This document shows positions 43,911 to 52,549 of a stretch of DNA of 55,991 bases, in pieces. Position 1 is the first letter of the stretch, and each line of letters opens with the position of its first letter. The DNA lies in the NCBI GenBank assembly GCA_045632105.1, contig JAZQVZ010000034.1:1-55991 (forward strand). The letters run 5' to 3'. This stretch comes from Eubacteriales bacterium. GTDB lineage: Bacteria > Bacillota > Clostridia > Oscillospirales > CAG-272. Below the pieces are notes generated by a model that was not told the origin of the DNA, made no database searches, and saw only the letters and a program-made list of their open reading frames with translations. A program made the position numbers and the translations under genes.

Positions 43911-43971
43911 GCACAAGATGGGCGCGATTTGAATATGCTATATTGCAAAGATGCTTTGGAGGTGTATTCGG

Positions 43972-45051
43972 ATGCGCGGAGAAATAAATGTTGATGGTGC
44001 GGCGCTTTTTGCAGCAGCGAACGGTGGCAGAGGATTTGTGGGCTTTTATGAGGATATCTTCGGCAGAAAAGAGATAACGCGACGATACCTGATAAAGGGC
44101 GGTCCAGGAACGGGAAAAAGCACGTTTATGCGCAGCGTGGCAGAGGCGGCAGAGGGCACGGGGCTTTTTGTAGAGCGGTACAAATGCTCATCTGACCCCG
44201 AGTCGCTTGATGCTATCGTGATAGACGGAAGAATTGCCGTTGTTGATGCTACCGCGCCGCATTTGCTTGATGCAACGCTCCCCGGAGCGAGAGATGAGAT
44301 AGTCGATCTTGGGCGATTTTGGAGTTCTGAAGGACTTTGTGAGCGCCGCGAGGAGATAGAAGCTCTTTGTCAGGGGAAAAGCGGCTGTTACAGGGCGGCG
44401 TACCGTCTTCTTTCGGCGGCTATGCAGGTGGAGGATAACAGCAGAGAGCTGATCGCTCCGTACGCGAGGGTTGAGAAAATGCGCCGCGCCGTAAAAAGGC
44501 TGACGTCACGTATTCCTAATGGTGGGGGTTACGCGCTTTCGGTTGGAATATGCGATTCGCTTGGTATGAAGGGCAGAATTTATCTTGACACCTATGAGCG
44601 AAGGGCTGAAAAGCTTTATTTGGTGGAGGATGCATATAAGCTTGGCAGTGCGTTTTTGGGACTTGTAGCTGAGGAAGCGGTGACTAAGGGCAACAGGATA
44701 AGCGTGTCGTATTATCCTCTCGATCCTTCGTATCCTGATGCGGTATTTTTCGAGGAAAGTCGTGTAGCTTTTGTGCTTGACAGAGGTCAAGCGGAGGGCG
44801 AGAAAATAGGTGTGAAGCGCTTTCTTGACGTCTCGCAGGGAGAATTTAAAAGGGTCAAGGGAGAATACAAGGTGAATGAGCGGCTTTGCCGAGGACTTTG
44901 TCGGTCGGCGCTGGATCGTCTGGCAGAGGCAGGAGAGTATCATTTCCGCCTTGAGGCGATCTACGGAGAACAGATGGATTTCGCAAGAATGGGCGAATTT
45001 ACAAGGAGCTTTATAGACTCGCTGACAACTGAATTGAATAGAAGACCGTGA
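43972..45051 (+). CDS. Uncharacterised P-loop NTPase (resembles the PRK06851 family), apparently a ninth gene of the spoIIIA transcript
   Basis: 359 aa from the ATG at 43972 (GGAGG RBS); Walker A KGGPGTGKST; candidate Walker B LDAIVID; no terminator in the 61-nt gap after spoIIIAH. Confidence 0.75.
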   Translation: MRGEINVDGAALFAAANGGRGFVGFYEDIFGRKEITRRYLIKGGPGTGKSTFMRSVAEAAEGTGLFVERYKCSSDPESLDAIVIDGRIAVVDATAPHLLDATLPGARDEIVDLGRFWSSEGLCERREEIEALCQGKSGCYRAAYRLLSAAMQVEDNSRELIAPYARVEKMRRAVKRLTSRIPNGGGYALSVGICDSLGMKGRIYLDTYERRAEKLYLVEDAYKLGSAFLGLVAEEAVTKGNRISVSYYPLDPSYPDAVFFEESRVAFVLDRGQAEGEKIGVKRFLDVSQGEFKRVKGEYKVNERLCRGLCRSALDRLAEAGEYHFRLEAIYGEQMDFARMGEFTRSFIDSLTTELNRRP

Positions 45052-45053
45052 AT

Positions 45054-45095
45054 AAGCGGGGGAGCCTTTCAAGCTCCCCCGCTTGTGCTTGTTTT
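45054..45095 (+). terminator. Terminator closing the spoIIIA-ATPase transcript
   Basis: AAGCGGGGGAGC-ctttcaa-GCTCCCCCGCTT 12-bp hairpin followed by a T-rich tract. Confidence 0.7.
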
Positions 45096-45194
45096 GCTTG
45101 ATTTTTTTGCCGTTGAATTTTGTGTTAAATGTTGAAAAAAGGATAGAGGTATTTGTGAAATCTGCCATTTCTCTTATGGGGTAATATAAATGTC

Positions 45195-45223
45195 TTGACA
45201 AAATAATGAAAAAAGGATAAAAT
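45195..45223 (+). promoter_or_regulatory. Sigma-A promoter of the surface-protein gene
   Basis: TTGACA-17 nt-TAAAAT. Confidence 0.6.
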
Positions 45224-45298
45224 AATATAAGAAGAATTTTGCTTTCAACTTATATTTATAGTTTAGATTATATCAAACAACGCAAAGGAGAGATAGAT

Positions 45299-48106
45299 AT
45301 GAAGAAGACGGTGTCGGTTTTGCTCATAATTGCTATGATGCTTGCCGCTATTCTTGCTATTACGTCGATAAACGCTATTGAGGATTCTGCCCCTGAATTT
45401 TCCGAGGCAGGAGAGGGCGCGATCCAGATAAACAGTATGTCCGATTACTTAAACGTGATCCTGAACGGCGAAACCGAGGGCAAGGAGTACAGTCTTAACA
45501 TAGATGTATATGATACCCCTTTGAATAACTTCAAGGGAACTCTTTACGGAAACGGACACATCTTCAGCGTGTCTGCGGTTGGCTTTGAGGGTAACGTCGG
45601 AGCAACTATAAAGGACCTTAAAATTGTATCCAGAAGCTCCAGCACTGTATTCGGTGCTCTCCAGGGAGTTAAGCTTGAGAATATAACTATCGACGCTAAG
45701 AACGGCTCGGTTGCAAGCTCTGTTGCCGACTCTACTCTTAAGAACGTTAAGATCACTATGGCAAAGGCAGGAAGCTCTGTATTTGGTAGCTCGATAACGA
45801 ATTCCAAGCTCAGCGGCGTGGATGTTGTCGTTAACGGCGAAAAGCTTATAACCAGCTCCGCAAACTTCGGAGCTCTTGCTACCACTCTTGAGAACTCGAC
45901 CCTTGATAAGGTTACCTGTGATTATCCCATATCCGTATCTTACGTCAAGGCATATACGGGTGTTATCGGCGGAATTGCCGCATATGCTAAGGGTGAGGTT
46001 ACTCTTGAAAACGTAAGCCATCTTAGCTACATACACGTAAATGCTTGGGCATCCGCTTCTGACGGAGTATACGAAAAGACCGATATCGGCGGACTTATAG
46101 GCCAGACTATTGAGGAAACTAAGATAGTTATGAGTGACTGTCAGAACTCCGGCGATCTGCTTTCTACTCAGACCGCAACCAATATCGGCGGTATGATAGG
46201 TAAGATTTACTGTACCGATGTAATTATGTACAACTGCAAGAACAGTGCAGACATTATGTCTTGCGCTGATACCTCTGATATACACGTAGGTATGGGAGGA
46301 ATGATCGGTTGGACCCGTAGCAAGGGTAGCTACACTATTTCGCTTAACGGTTGTGAGAATACCGGTAAGATCTACGATACCCCTCATGAGCTTATTTTCG
46401 CTGCATTCTGTGAGGTGTCTGCCAAGATATACAATAACGAGCACAAGAACGACGAGGACTTTGAGGCTGTTGATGCCGAGGGTTACAAGGAGATATACCT
46501 TCAAGAGTACGTAGATACGTATTTTAAAGATTACGAGTATTCCGACGAGGAGAAATCCGAGGCGATCGATAAGTGTTTGTCACAGTCGCAGTTCCATTCC
46601 AAGGGACAGGTATATGCCGGCGGTATGCTGGGTAGAACCTTTGCTATTCCTCATCTTTACCTCAACGGATGTAAGAACTTTGCTGATATATCCGTTTCTG
46701 GCAGTTTAGGTACTTGGGGTGGTGCAGGCGGAATGGTAGCAGCCTTCGTTACCATTGGTAACTGGGAGGGCGTTGCTGCTGTCGATATTACCGTGTTGAA
46801 CTGCTATAACGAGGGTACTATTACTGCTACGAGCCCCGGTGGTATTCTTGGCGGAAGATTTATGCAGCTTACGTCGACTACCTCTAAGCTTATGGTCAGG
46901 TATTGTGTAAACAACGGTGAGCTTATCAGCCGTGAGGGCGGACGCGCAGGCGGTATCGTTTGCGACTTCGATAGCCTTGGCGGAGATAACTCCTGTATGA
47001 TGTCCGATATAACCATTAGGAACTGCGCAAACTACGCGAAGATATCCGGCGCAACTATTGCGGGCGGTATCGTAGCAAGCTTTAACAATGATATTTTTGA
47101 GCCTAAGGCAATGGTTATCACTGATTGCTACAACAGCGGAGAGATATCCACTATTAACGATCTTACGACCGTTATAAATCCCGACACCTTAGAGGAGGAG
47201 ATCGTAGTTAAGTATGAGTCTATCTCCGCAGGTATTATCGGTATTACCAATGGCGTTGCTTGTATTTCCGGTTGTGTAAACCAGGGTAATATGATCGCCG
47301 AAACCAATGCTAACGCGTTTGCTATTGTTTCCGATGCGGCTAACGTCGTAGTCGAAGAGAATAAGAACAATGTTCACAGCGGCGAGAAGGAGTTTGTATT
47401 CAGCGTGGCGAAGACCGATGCTGAGATCGCAGAGATCGTATCCAAGATGGTATTTGCAGGTCGCAACAATACGTCCGCTCTCGCAAGAATTTTGAACGCT
47501 GCAATGGTTCTGGTTGATATTGACTACACAGAGGAAAGCTGGGCGCCTGTTGAAAAAGCAATTGCTGACGCAAAGAGAGTCGTTTCCAATGATTTTATTG
47601 AGCAGAGAGTAATTGACCAGCTCGAGGCTAATTTGAAGGCGGCTATGGAGCAGCTTGTTCAGCGTTTCGTTGACCTTGCAGGTCTTGACAGAAAGATCGC
47701 TGAGGGCTTGAAGTACAAGAAGGACGATTGGGATGACTATTCCTTTATGAACCTTACCAACGCTATTGAGGCGGCTGTAATAATCAGAAACACCGAAGGT
47801 ATTTACGCATCACAGGTCAACTCGGCTATGGAAGCTATAACCTATGCGATAGCTAACCTTGAGGAACGTGGTGAGCTGCATACTCTTGCAACGGTTACAG
47901 ACCTTGTAGTAGAGGACCTTTATGGATCGGGCGCGGCTACTCAGGCGGCGACCGAAACCAATAATGTAGAGCAGAATACCGATTCCGAAGCCGAGCCCGG
48001 CGAAGAGCAGGGCGGTTGCGGCGGACTCATCGGTGGCGCTGCCGTAGTTCTTGTTGCGGCTGCAGCCGTTGGCGTAGGACTTTCCTTTAAGAAAAAAGAA
48101 GACTAA
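45299..48106 (+). CDS. Large secreted, C-terminally membrane-anchored repeat protein (GLUG-like parallel beta-helix repeats plus FIVAR-like helical modules)
   Basis: 935 aa from the ATG at 45299 (AAAGGAG RBS); signal peptide MKKTVSVLLIIAMMLAAILAITSINA; repeats described below; C-terminal TM GLIGGAAVVLVAAAAVGVGLSF plus KKKED; no LPXTG motif. Confidence 0.85.
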   Translation: MKKTVSVLLIIAMMLAAILAITSINAIEDSAPEFSEAGEGAIQINSMSDYLNVILNGETEGKEYSLNIDVYDTPLNNFKGTLYGNGHIFSVSAVGFEGNVGATIKDLKIVSRSSSTVFGALQGVKLENITIDAKNGSVASSVADSTLKNVKITMAKAGSSVFGSSITNSKLSGVDVVVNGEKLITSSANFGALATTLENSTLDKVTCDYPISVSYVKAYTGVIGGIAAYAKGEVTLENVSHLSYIHVNAWASASDGVYEKTDIGGLIGQTIEETKIVMSDCQNSGDLLSTQTATNIGGMIGKIYCTDVIMYNCKNSADIMSCADTSDIHVGMGGMIGWTRSKGSYTISLNGCENTGKIYDTPHELIFAAFCEVSAKIYNNEHKNDEDFEAVDAEGYKEIYLQEYVDTYFKDYEYSDEEKSEAIDKCLSQSQFHSKGQVYAGGMLGRTFAIPHLYLNGCKNFADISVSGSLGTWGGAGGMVAAFVTIGNWEGVAAVDITVLNCYNEGTITATSPGGILGGRFMQLTSTTSKLMVRYCVNNGELISREGGRAGGIVCDFDSLGGDNSCMMSDITIRNCANYAKISGATIAGGIVASFNNDIFEPKAMVITDCYNSGEISTINDLTTVINPDTLEEEIVVKYESISAGIIGITNGVACISGCVNQGNMIAETNANAFAIVSDAANVVVEENKNNVHSGEKEFVFSVAKTDAEIAEIVSKMVFAGRNNTSALARILNAAMVLVDIDYTEESWAPVEKAIADAKRVVSNDFIEQRVIDQLEANLKAAMEQLVQRFVDLAGLDRKIAEGLKYKKDDWDDYSFMNLTNAIEAAVIIRNTEGIYASQVNSAMEAITYAIANLEERGELHTLATVTDLVVEDLYGSGAATQAATETNNVEQNTDSEAEPGEEQGGCGGLIGGAAVVLVAAAAVGVGLSFKKKED
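45956..47309 (+). repeat. Intragenic degenerate tandem repeats (about 35-45 aa units): GG[IML][IV][GA] ... [ILV]xxCxNxGx[IL]
   Basis: Read from the translation. First motif: GGIAAY, GGLIGQ, GGMIGK, GGMIGW, GGMLGR, GGMVAA, GGILGG, GGIVCD, GGIVAS, AGIIGI. Each is paired with CQNSGDL, CKNSADI, CENTGKI, CKNFADI, CYNEGTI, CVNNGEL, CANYAKI, CYNSGEI or CVNQGNM. Confidence 0.7.
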
Positions 48107-48113
48107 ACTAAAA

Positions 48114-48151
48114 TAAAAAGCAGACCGCTCGATGAGCGGTCTGCTTTTTTC
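48114..48151. terminator. Bidirectional terminator (surface protein / ribF)
   Basis: AAAAAGCAGACCGCTC-gat-GAGCGGTCTGCTTTTTT. Confidence 0.88.
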
Positions 48152-49067
48152 ATTTGGATACGATATTTTTCGCTTTTGCTATGTCGGAGTGTACCTGGGT
48201 CATAAGCTCGTCTACCGAAGAGAATTTTTTCTCGGGACGAAGAAATTCAAGGAATTCAACGGTTACGGTTTTTCCGTACAGGTCGCCGTCAAAATCAAAA
48301 ATATTTGTTTCTGCGCAGAGTGTCTGACCGTCTACCGTAGGTCTTACGCCTACGTTGGTTATTCCGTAGCGTCGGGTATGCCCAAAGGTGACCTTTGTGA
48401 CGTACACGCCACATTTTACTACCAGCTTGCCCTCGGGGAAGATCTGATTAACAGTGGGGAAGCCAAGGCGTCTGCCCAGCCGCTGTCCGTTAATTATTTT
48501 GGCGCGAAGGGAATAGGGGCGACCCAGGAGAGCAGTTGCTTTGTTTGTGCTTCCGCTTTCCAATGCTTGACGTATCTCGGTGGAGCTGACGGTGGTGTCG
48601 CCAATGGTTACGGCGGGAATGACCGAAAGTCCGATCCCGTGCTTTTTGCAAAGCTCTTCGAGAAGTCGGGTGTCACCTGTACCGCCTTTGCCGAAACGGT
48701 AGTTAAAACCGCAGACTATATGAGCGGTGTTTATTTTTTCTTGGAGTATGCTCTTGAAGAAATCCTCAGCAGAGAGCGAGGAGATCTCTTTATCAAAGGG
48801 AACGCTTATAAATATGTCAGCCCCGATCCTGCGCATTTGCAGGCGCTTTTCTACGGGCGTGGTAAGAAGCGGGACCTTGTCATTTAAAAAGAAATTTTTA
48901 GGGGGCTCGGAAAAGCTCCAGACAAGGGTGGGCAGTAAAAGCTTGGCCGCTACGTGCTTTGCCTCGTTTATAAGCGCGGCATGCCCTACGTGTACGCCGT
49001 CGAAGCAGCCCAGCGCGCAAACGCATTTGCCCTGCGCTTGATATTCGTTCAGTGAATAGCTTTTCAT
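48150..49067 (-). CDS. ribF: Bifunctional riboflavin kinase / FAD synthetase
   Basis: 305 aa; ALGCFDGVHVGHAAL nucleotidyltransferase motif and GFPTVN kinase motif. Confidence 0.92.
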   Translation of the reverse strand: MKSYSLNEYQAQGKCVCALGCFDGVHVGHAALINEAKHVAAKLLLPTLVWSFSEPPKNFFLNDKVPLLTTPVEKRLQMRRIGADIFISVPFDKEISSLSAEDFFKSILQEKINTAHIVCGFNYRFGKGGTGDTRLLEELCKKHGIGLSVIPAVTIGDTTVSSTEIRQALESGSTNKATALLGRPYSLRAKIINGQRLGRRLGFPTVNQIFPEGKLVVKCGVYVTKVTFGHTRRYGITNVGVRPTVDGQTLCAETNIFDFDGDLYGKTVTVEFLEFLRPEKKFSSVDELMTQVHSDIAKAKNIVSK

Positions 49068-49151
49068 AGATCCTCCTTTCGATTTTATCTTTTAGATTAT
49101 ACCATATTTAAAAAAATAAAGCAAGATATATTTCGAAACTGTCCGCGAGAT

Positions 49152-49184
49152 AAGACAAAATACGTAGGCGTGAGGAGGTATAAT
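49152..49184 (+). promoter_or_regulatory. Candidate spoIIG-type promoter with over-long spacer
   Basis: AAGACA-21 nt-TATAAT, 19 nt upstream of the spoIIGA ATG; 0A-box-like TTCGAAA at 49132-49138 and TAAGACA at 49151-49157. Confidence 0.4.
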
Positions 49185-49203
49185 ATATAAAGGAGGCGAG
49201 GAT

Positions 49204-50082
49204 ATGGAGCAAACCGTTTACATAGATCTGTTTTTTCTTATAAATTTCAGTATGGATTTTTTGTGCTTTTATCTGACGTCGCGTCTGCTTTCTCATAAGC
49301 TTTCTGTTGGCAGATGCGCTTTGGCATCGGCACTTGGCGGGGTATACGCCTGCGCCGCTCTTTTTGTTTCGGTGGGGGAGCTGTTCGCTCTCTTTTTGGA
49401 TATTTTCATATGCGTGTGTATTTGCGCGGTAGCTATATACAGACGGGGGAGTGGTAGGGAGCTTTTTGGATATTCGGTGGTCTACGTCGCCTGTTCGGTA
49501 GTGCTTGGAGGCGCTATGACGGCGTTGTTTTCGCTTTTCAATCGCTTGGGCGTTGACAGGCTCTTGGGTGATGATGGCGGTGGAGATGGAATATCTGTAT
49601 GGCTTTTTGCTGTTCTTGCGCTGATAAGCGGAGTGCTTTCTTTGAAAGGAATCAAGGCGTTCAGGAGAAAGGGCTCGCGCCGTGAGGGAAGAGTGGAGCT
49701 TGTGTATAACGGAAAACGCGTTGTGCTGAGAGCGCTGTGCGATAGTGGTAATCTTTTGACCGATCCTGTAAGCTCGCGCCCCTGTATTGTGGCGGAGAGT
49801 GTGGAGGTCAAAAAAATATTGCCCCGAGCCCTTGTTGACGTAATAGAGAAGGGAGCAGTGGGCGAAATTGATAAGCGTGACGCGGGTAGACTTTGCATAA
49901 TTCCCGCTAAGACCGTAAGCGGTGGAGGAATGCTTTACGCTTTGAGAATGGATACTGTAAGGATAGATCTCGGCGGGGGCTGGCTGGAGGCAGATGCTCT
50001 TATTGCTCTTTCTGCCCTTGGAGGCTCGGCGGAGGGTGCGCAAGCATTGATACCGTCGGCGCTTGCGCTGGGCGCTCCATAA
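49204..50082 (+). CDS. spoIIGA: Sigma-E processing aspartic peptidase SpoIIGA
   Basis: 292 aa; N-terminal polytopic domain; C-terminal protease domain with LCDSGNLLTDP; directly upstream of sigE. Confidence 0.9.
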   Translation: MEQTVYIDLFFLINFSMDFLCFYLTSRLLSHKLSVGRCALASALGGVYACAALFVSVGELFALFLDIFICVCICAVAIYRRGSGRELFGYSVVYVACSVVLGGAMTALFSLFNRLGVDRLLGDDGGGDGISVWLFAVLALISGVLSLKGIKAFRRKGSRREGRVELVYNGKRVVLRALCDSGNLLTDPVSSRPCIVAESVEVKKILPRALVDVIEKGAVGEIDKRDAGRLCIIPAKTVSGGGMLYALRMDTVRIDLGGGWLEADALIALSALGGSAEGAQALIPSALALGAP

Positions 50083-50099
50083 TATAATAAGGAGGAAAT

Positions 50100-50813
50100 A
50101 TGCTGTTTTTTGTAGGTTTGTGGAGGAGGTTAAAGGAATATCTTTTAAGACGGAGGACGGCTGAGCGGGGGATATATTATATAAATGGTACGGAGGTGCT
50201 TCCGCCGCCCTTGGAAAAAGAGGAGGAAAATGAATTTATATGCCGTATATCAGAGGACGAGAGCGCAAGGCAGGTGCTTATCGAGCATAATCTTCGTCTG
50301 GTGGTGTACATAGCCAAGAGGTTTGAAAATACGGGGGTGGGAATTGAGGATCTGGTTTCTATCGGGACTATCGGGCTTATAAAGGCGATAAACACCTTTA
50401 AGGTAGACAAGAACATCAAGCTTGCTACCTACGCGTCAAGGTGTATCGAAAACGAGATACTTATGTACATAAGGAAGAATTCGGGCGCGCGGGCGGAAAT
50501 ATCTATCGACGAGCCACTCAATACCGACTGGGACGGCAACGAGCTTTTGCTTTCGGATATACTTGGAAGCGACGATGACAGGATATCCTACGAGATAGAG
50601 GCTATGGAGGAGCGGAGAAGCATACGTCGGGCGGTGGCGGAGCTTTCGGGAAGAGAGCGGCAGATCATCGAGCTTCGGTACGGAATGAACGGTAAAAGGG
50701 AGCTTACTCAAAAGGAGGTAGCCGACAAGCTGGGTATATCACAATCCTACATTTCACGGCTTGAAAAGAAGATAATCGCCAAGCTTCGTACCCGTATTGA
50801 AGCAGAACTTTGA
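50100..50813 (+). CDS. sigE: Sporulation sigma factor E (pro-sigma-E)
   Basis: 237 aa; pro-sequence then [18 protein letters not shown]; sigma-70 regions 2 and 4 ([11 protein letters not shown]; [22 protein letters not shown]). Confidence 0.92.
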   Translation: MLFFVGLWRRLKEYLLRRRTAERGIYYINGTEVLPPPLEKEEENEFICRISEDESARQVLIEHNLRLVVYIAKRFENTGVGIEDLVSIGTIGLIKAINTFKVDKNIKLATYASRCIENEILMYIRKNSGARAEISIDEPLNTDWDGNELLLSDILGSDDDRISYEIEAMEERRSIRRAVAELSGRERQIIELRYGMNGKRELTQKEVADKLGISQSYISRLEKKIIAKLRTRIEAEL

Positions 50814-50841
50814 GATTTTTTAGAAAAATTTCAAAAAGGTA

Positions 50842-50870
50842 TTGCATTATGAAAAAAAGTGTGGTATAAT
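50842..50870 (+). promoter_or_regulatory. Sigma-A promoter of rpmE
   Basis: TTGCAT-17 nt-TATAAT with TG extension. Confidence 0.6.
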
Positions 50871-50929
50871 ATCGACGTTTGCAAACGATGTCAAAGAACA
50901 TCGAATAATAGAAACGAGGTAAAAATATT

Positions 50930-51139
50930 ATGAAGTCTGGAATTCATCCTAATTACGAAGAGTGTGTAATCCGTTGCGCTTGTGGCGAGGTAGTTACTAC
51001 CAAGTCCACCAAGGGTAGCGAAATCAGAGTTGAAATTTGCTCCAAGTGCCACCCCTTCTTCACCGGTAAGCAGAAGTTTGTTGATGCTGGCGGACGTCTT
51101 GACAAGTTCAAGAGAAGACTCGAGAGAGCTGGCAAGTAA
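50930..51139 (+). CDS. rpmE: 50S ribosomal protein L31 (Cys-containing type A)
   Basis: 69 aa; MKSGIHPNY start, CACG and [10 protein letters not shown] zinc-ribbon motifs. Confidence 0.95.
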   Translation: MKSGIHPNYEECVIRCACGEVVTTKSTKGSEIRVEICSKCHPFFTGKQKFVDAGGRLDKFKRRLERAGK

Positions 51140-51165
51140 TCGGAGTTTCCGTTTGATTTTGCACA

Positions 51166-51206
51166 AAAGGCAGGTTATGCGCGTCATACCTGCCTTTATT
51201 TTTTAC
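51166..51206 (+). terminator. Terminator after rpmE
   Basis: AAGGCAGGT(T)ATG-cgcg-TCATACCTGCCTT hairpin plus a TATTTTTT tract. Confidence 0.8.
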
Positions 51207-51243
51207 ATAAGCGGATATAATATACTTAAAGTAAGGAGGGCTT

Positions 51244-52548
51244 ATGATAGAAAAGGAATTGCCAATGCCCGATAAAACGGTGCTTGTAGGAATGGTCAGA
51301 AAGGGCGAGAGCCTTGAGGAGCTTGACTCAAGCCTTGACGAGCTTGAGGGATTGCTCAAGACTGCGGGAGGCGAGTGCGTTGCAAGACTTACTCAAAGCA
51401 AGGAGTCTCCCGACCCCAGAACAATGATAGGAAGCGGAAAGGCGGCAGAGCTTGCTTATCTTTGCGCTTGTAACGACGTTACCCTTGTGGTATTCGATTG
51501 CGAGCTTTCTCCCTCACAGATAAGAAATCTTGAGGAGATAATGGGAGATAAGGTGAGAGTTATCGACCGTTCGATGCTTATTCTTGATATTTTCGCGCTT
51601 CACGCGGTGACGGGAGAGGGAAAGCTTCAGGTCGAACTCGCTCAGCTTAAATATACTGCGCCCCGTCTGATGGGTAGAGGAACCGAGCTTTCAAGACTTG
51701 GAGGCGGAATCGGTACCCGAGGTCCCGGAGAGAGCCAGCTTGAGACCGACAGACGACATCTTCAGCGCAGAATAAGAGCGCTTGAGGACCAGATCGACGA
51801 GGTTGCCAAGAACAGAAGAACAATGAGAGCGGCAAGAGATCGAAGCGGAATACCCACGGTTGCCATCGTGGGATATACCAACGCGGGTAAATCCACTCTG
51901 CTCAATCACCTTACCGATGCAGGAATTCTTGCCGAGGACAAGCTGTTTGCGACCCTTGACCCCACAACGAGAAAATACGAGCTGCCCTGCGGCGAGACTA
52001 TACTTCTTACCGACACGGTAGGATTTATCAAAAAGCTTCCTCACCATCTGGTGAGCGCCTTCCACTCTACTCTTGAGGAGGCAGCAGAGGCGGATATATT
52101 GCTGATAATAATTGACGCATCCGACCCTGCTTACAAGGAGCAGATAGAGGTTACCGAAAATCTTTTGCATGAGCTTGGGGCGGGCGGAAAGCCTACTCTC
52201 TACGTCTTTAACAAGTGTGACCGAGGCTTTGCGGAGATACGAAGCGTGGGCGCTGAGGCTCTTAAGAATGACGAGGTATATATTTCGGCGCTTACGGGAC
52301 AGGGTGTAGACGGACTTGTAGCGAAGCTTGAGGCGATAGTTACCGACGGCAAGCGCAGAGTTACCTACTTTATTCCCAACAGTGACGGAGGCGCGCTCAA
52401 TACCCTTTATCGTGTGGCTACCGTTGAGAGCGTTGATTACGGCGCAGAGGGAATGACCGTGATAGCTCTTGCAGATGCAAAGGCACGCGGACAAATGAAA
52501 AAATACGCTATTGACGATATACCCGAGCCAAAAGAGGATTGGGAATAA
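51244..52548 (+). CDS. hflX: GTPase HflX
   Basis: 434 aa; HflX N-terminal domain; G motifs VGYTNAGKSTL, DTVGF, NKCD. Confidence 0.92.
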   Translation: MIEKELPMPDKTVLVGMVRKGESLEELDSSLDELEGLLKTAGGECVARLTQSKESPDPRTMIGSGKAAELAYLCACNDVTLVVFDCELSPSQIRNLEEIMGDKVRVIDRSMLILDIFALHAVTGEGKLQVELAQLKYTAPRLMGRGTELSRLGGGIGTRGPGESQLETDRRHLQRRIRALEDQIDEVAKNRRTMRAARDRSGIPTVAIVGYTNAGKSTLLNHLTDAGILAEDKLFATLDPTTRKYELPCGETILLTDTVGFIKKLPHHLVSAFHSTLEEAAEADILLIIIDASDPAYKEQIEVTENLLHELGAGGKPTLYVFNKCDRGFAEIRSVGAEALKNDEVYISALTGQGVDGLVAKLEAIVTDGKRRVTYFIPNSDGGALNTLYRVATVESVDYGAEGMTVIALADAKARGQMKKYAIDDIPEPKEDWE

Positions 52549-52549
52549 G

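Noticed and set aside
45239-45298. N-terminal 20-aa extension of the surface-protein ORF
   Set aside because: The predicted promoter -10 ends at 45223, which leaves too little leader for a start at 45239. The ATG at 45299 has an AAAGGAG RBS and starts a canonical signal peptide.
49108-50043. 311-aa ORF antisense to spoIIGA
   Set aside because: Codon-aligned shadow ORF. The sense strand has the SpoIIGA DSGN protease motif and is followed by sigE.
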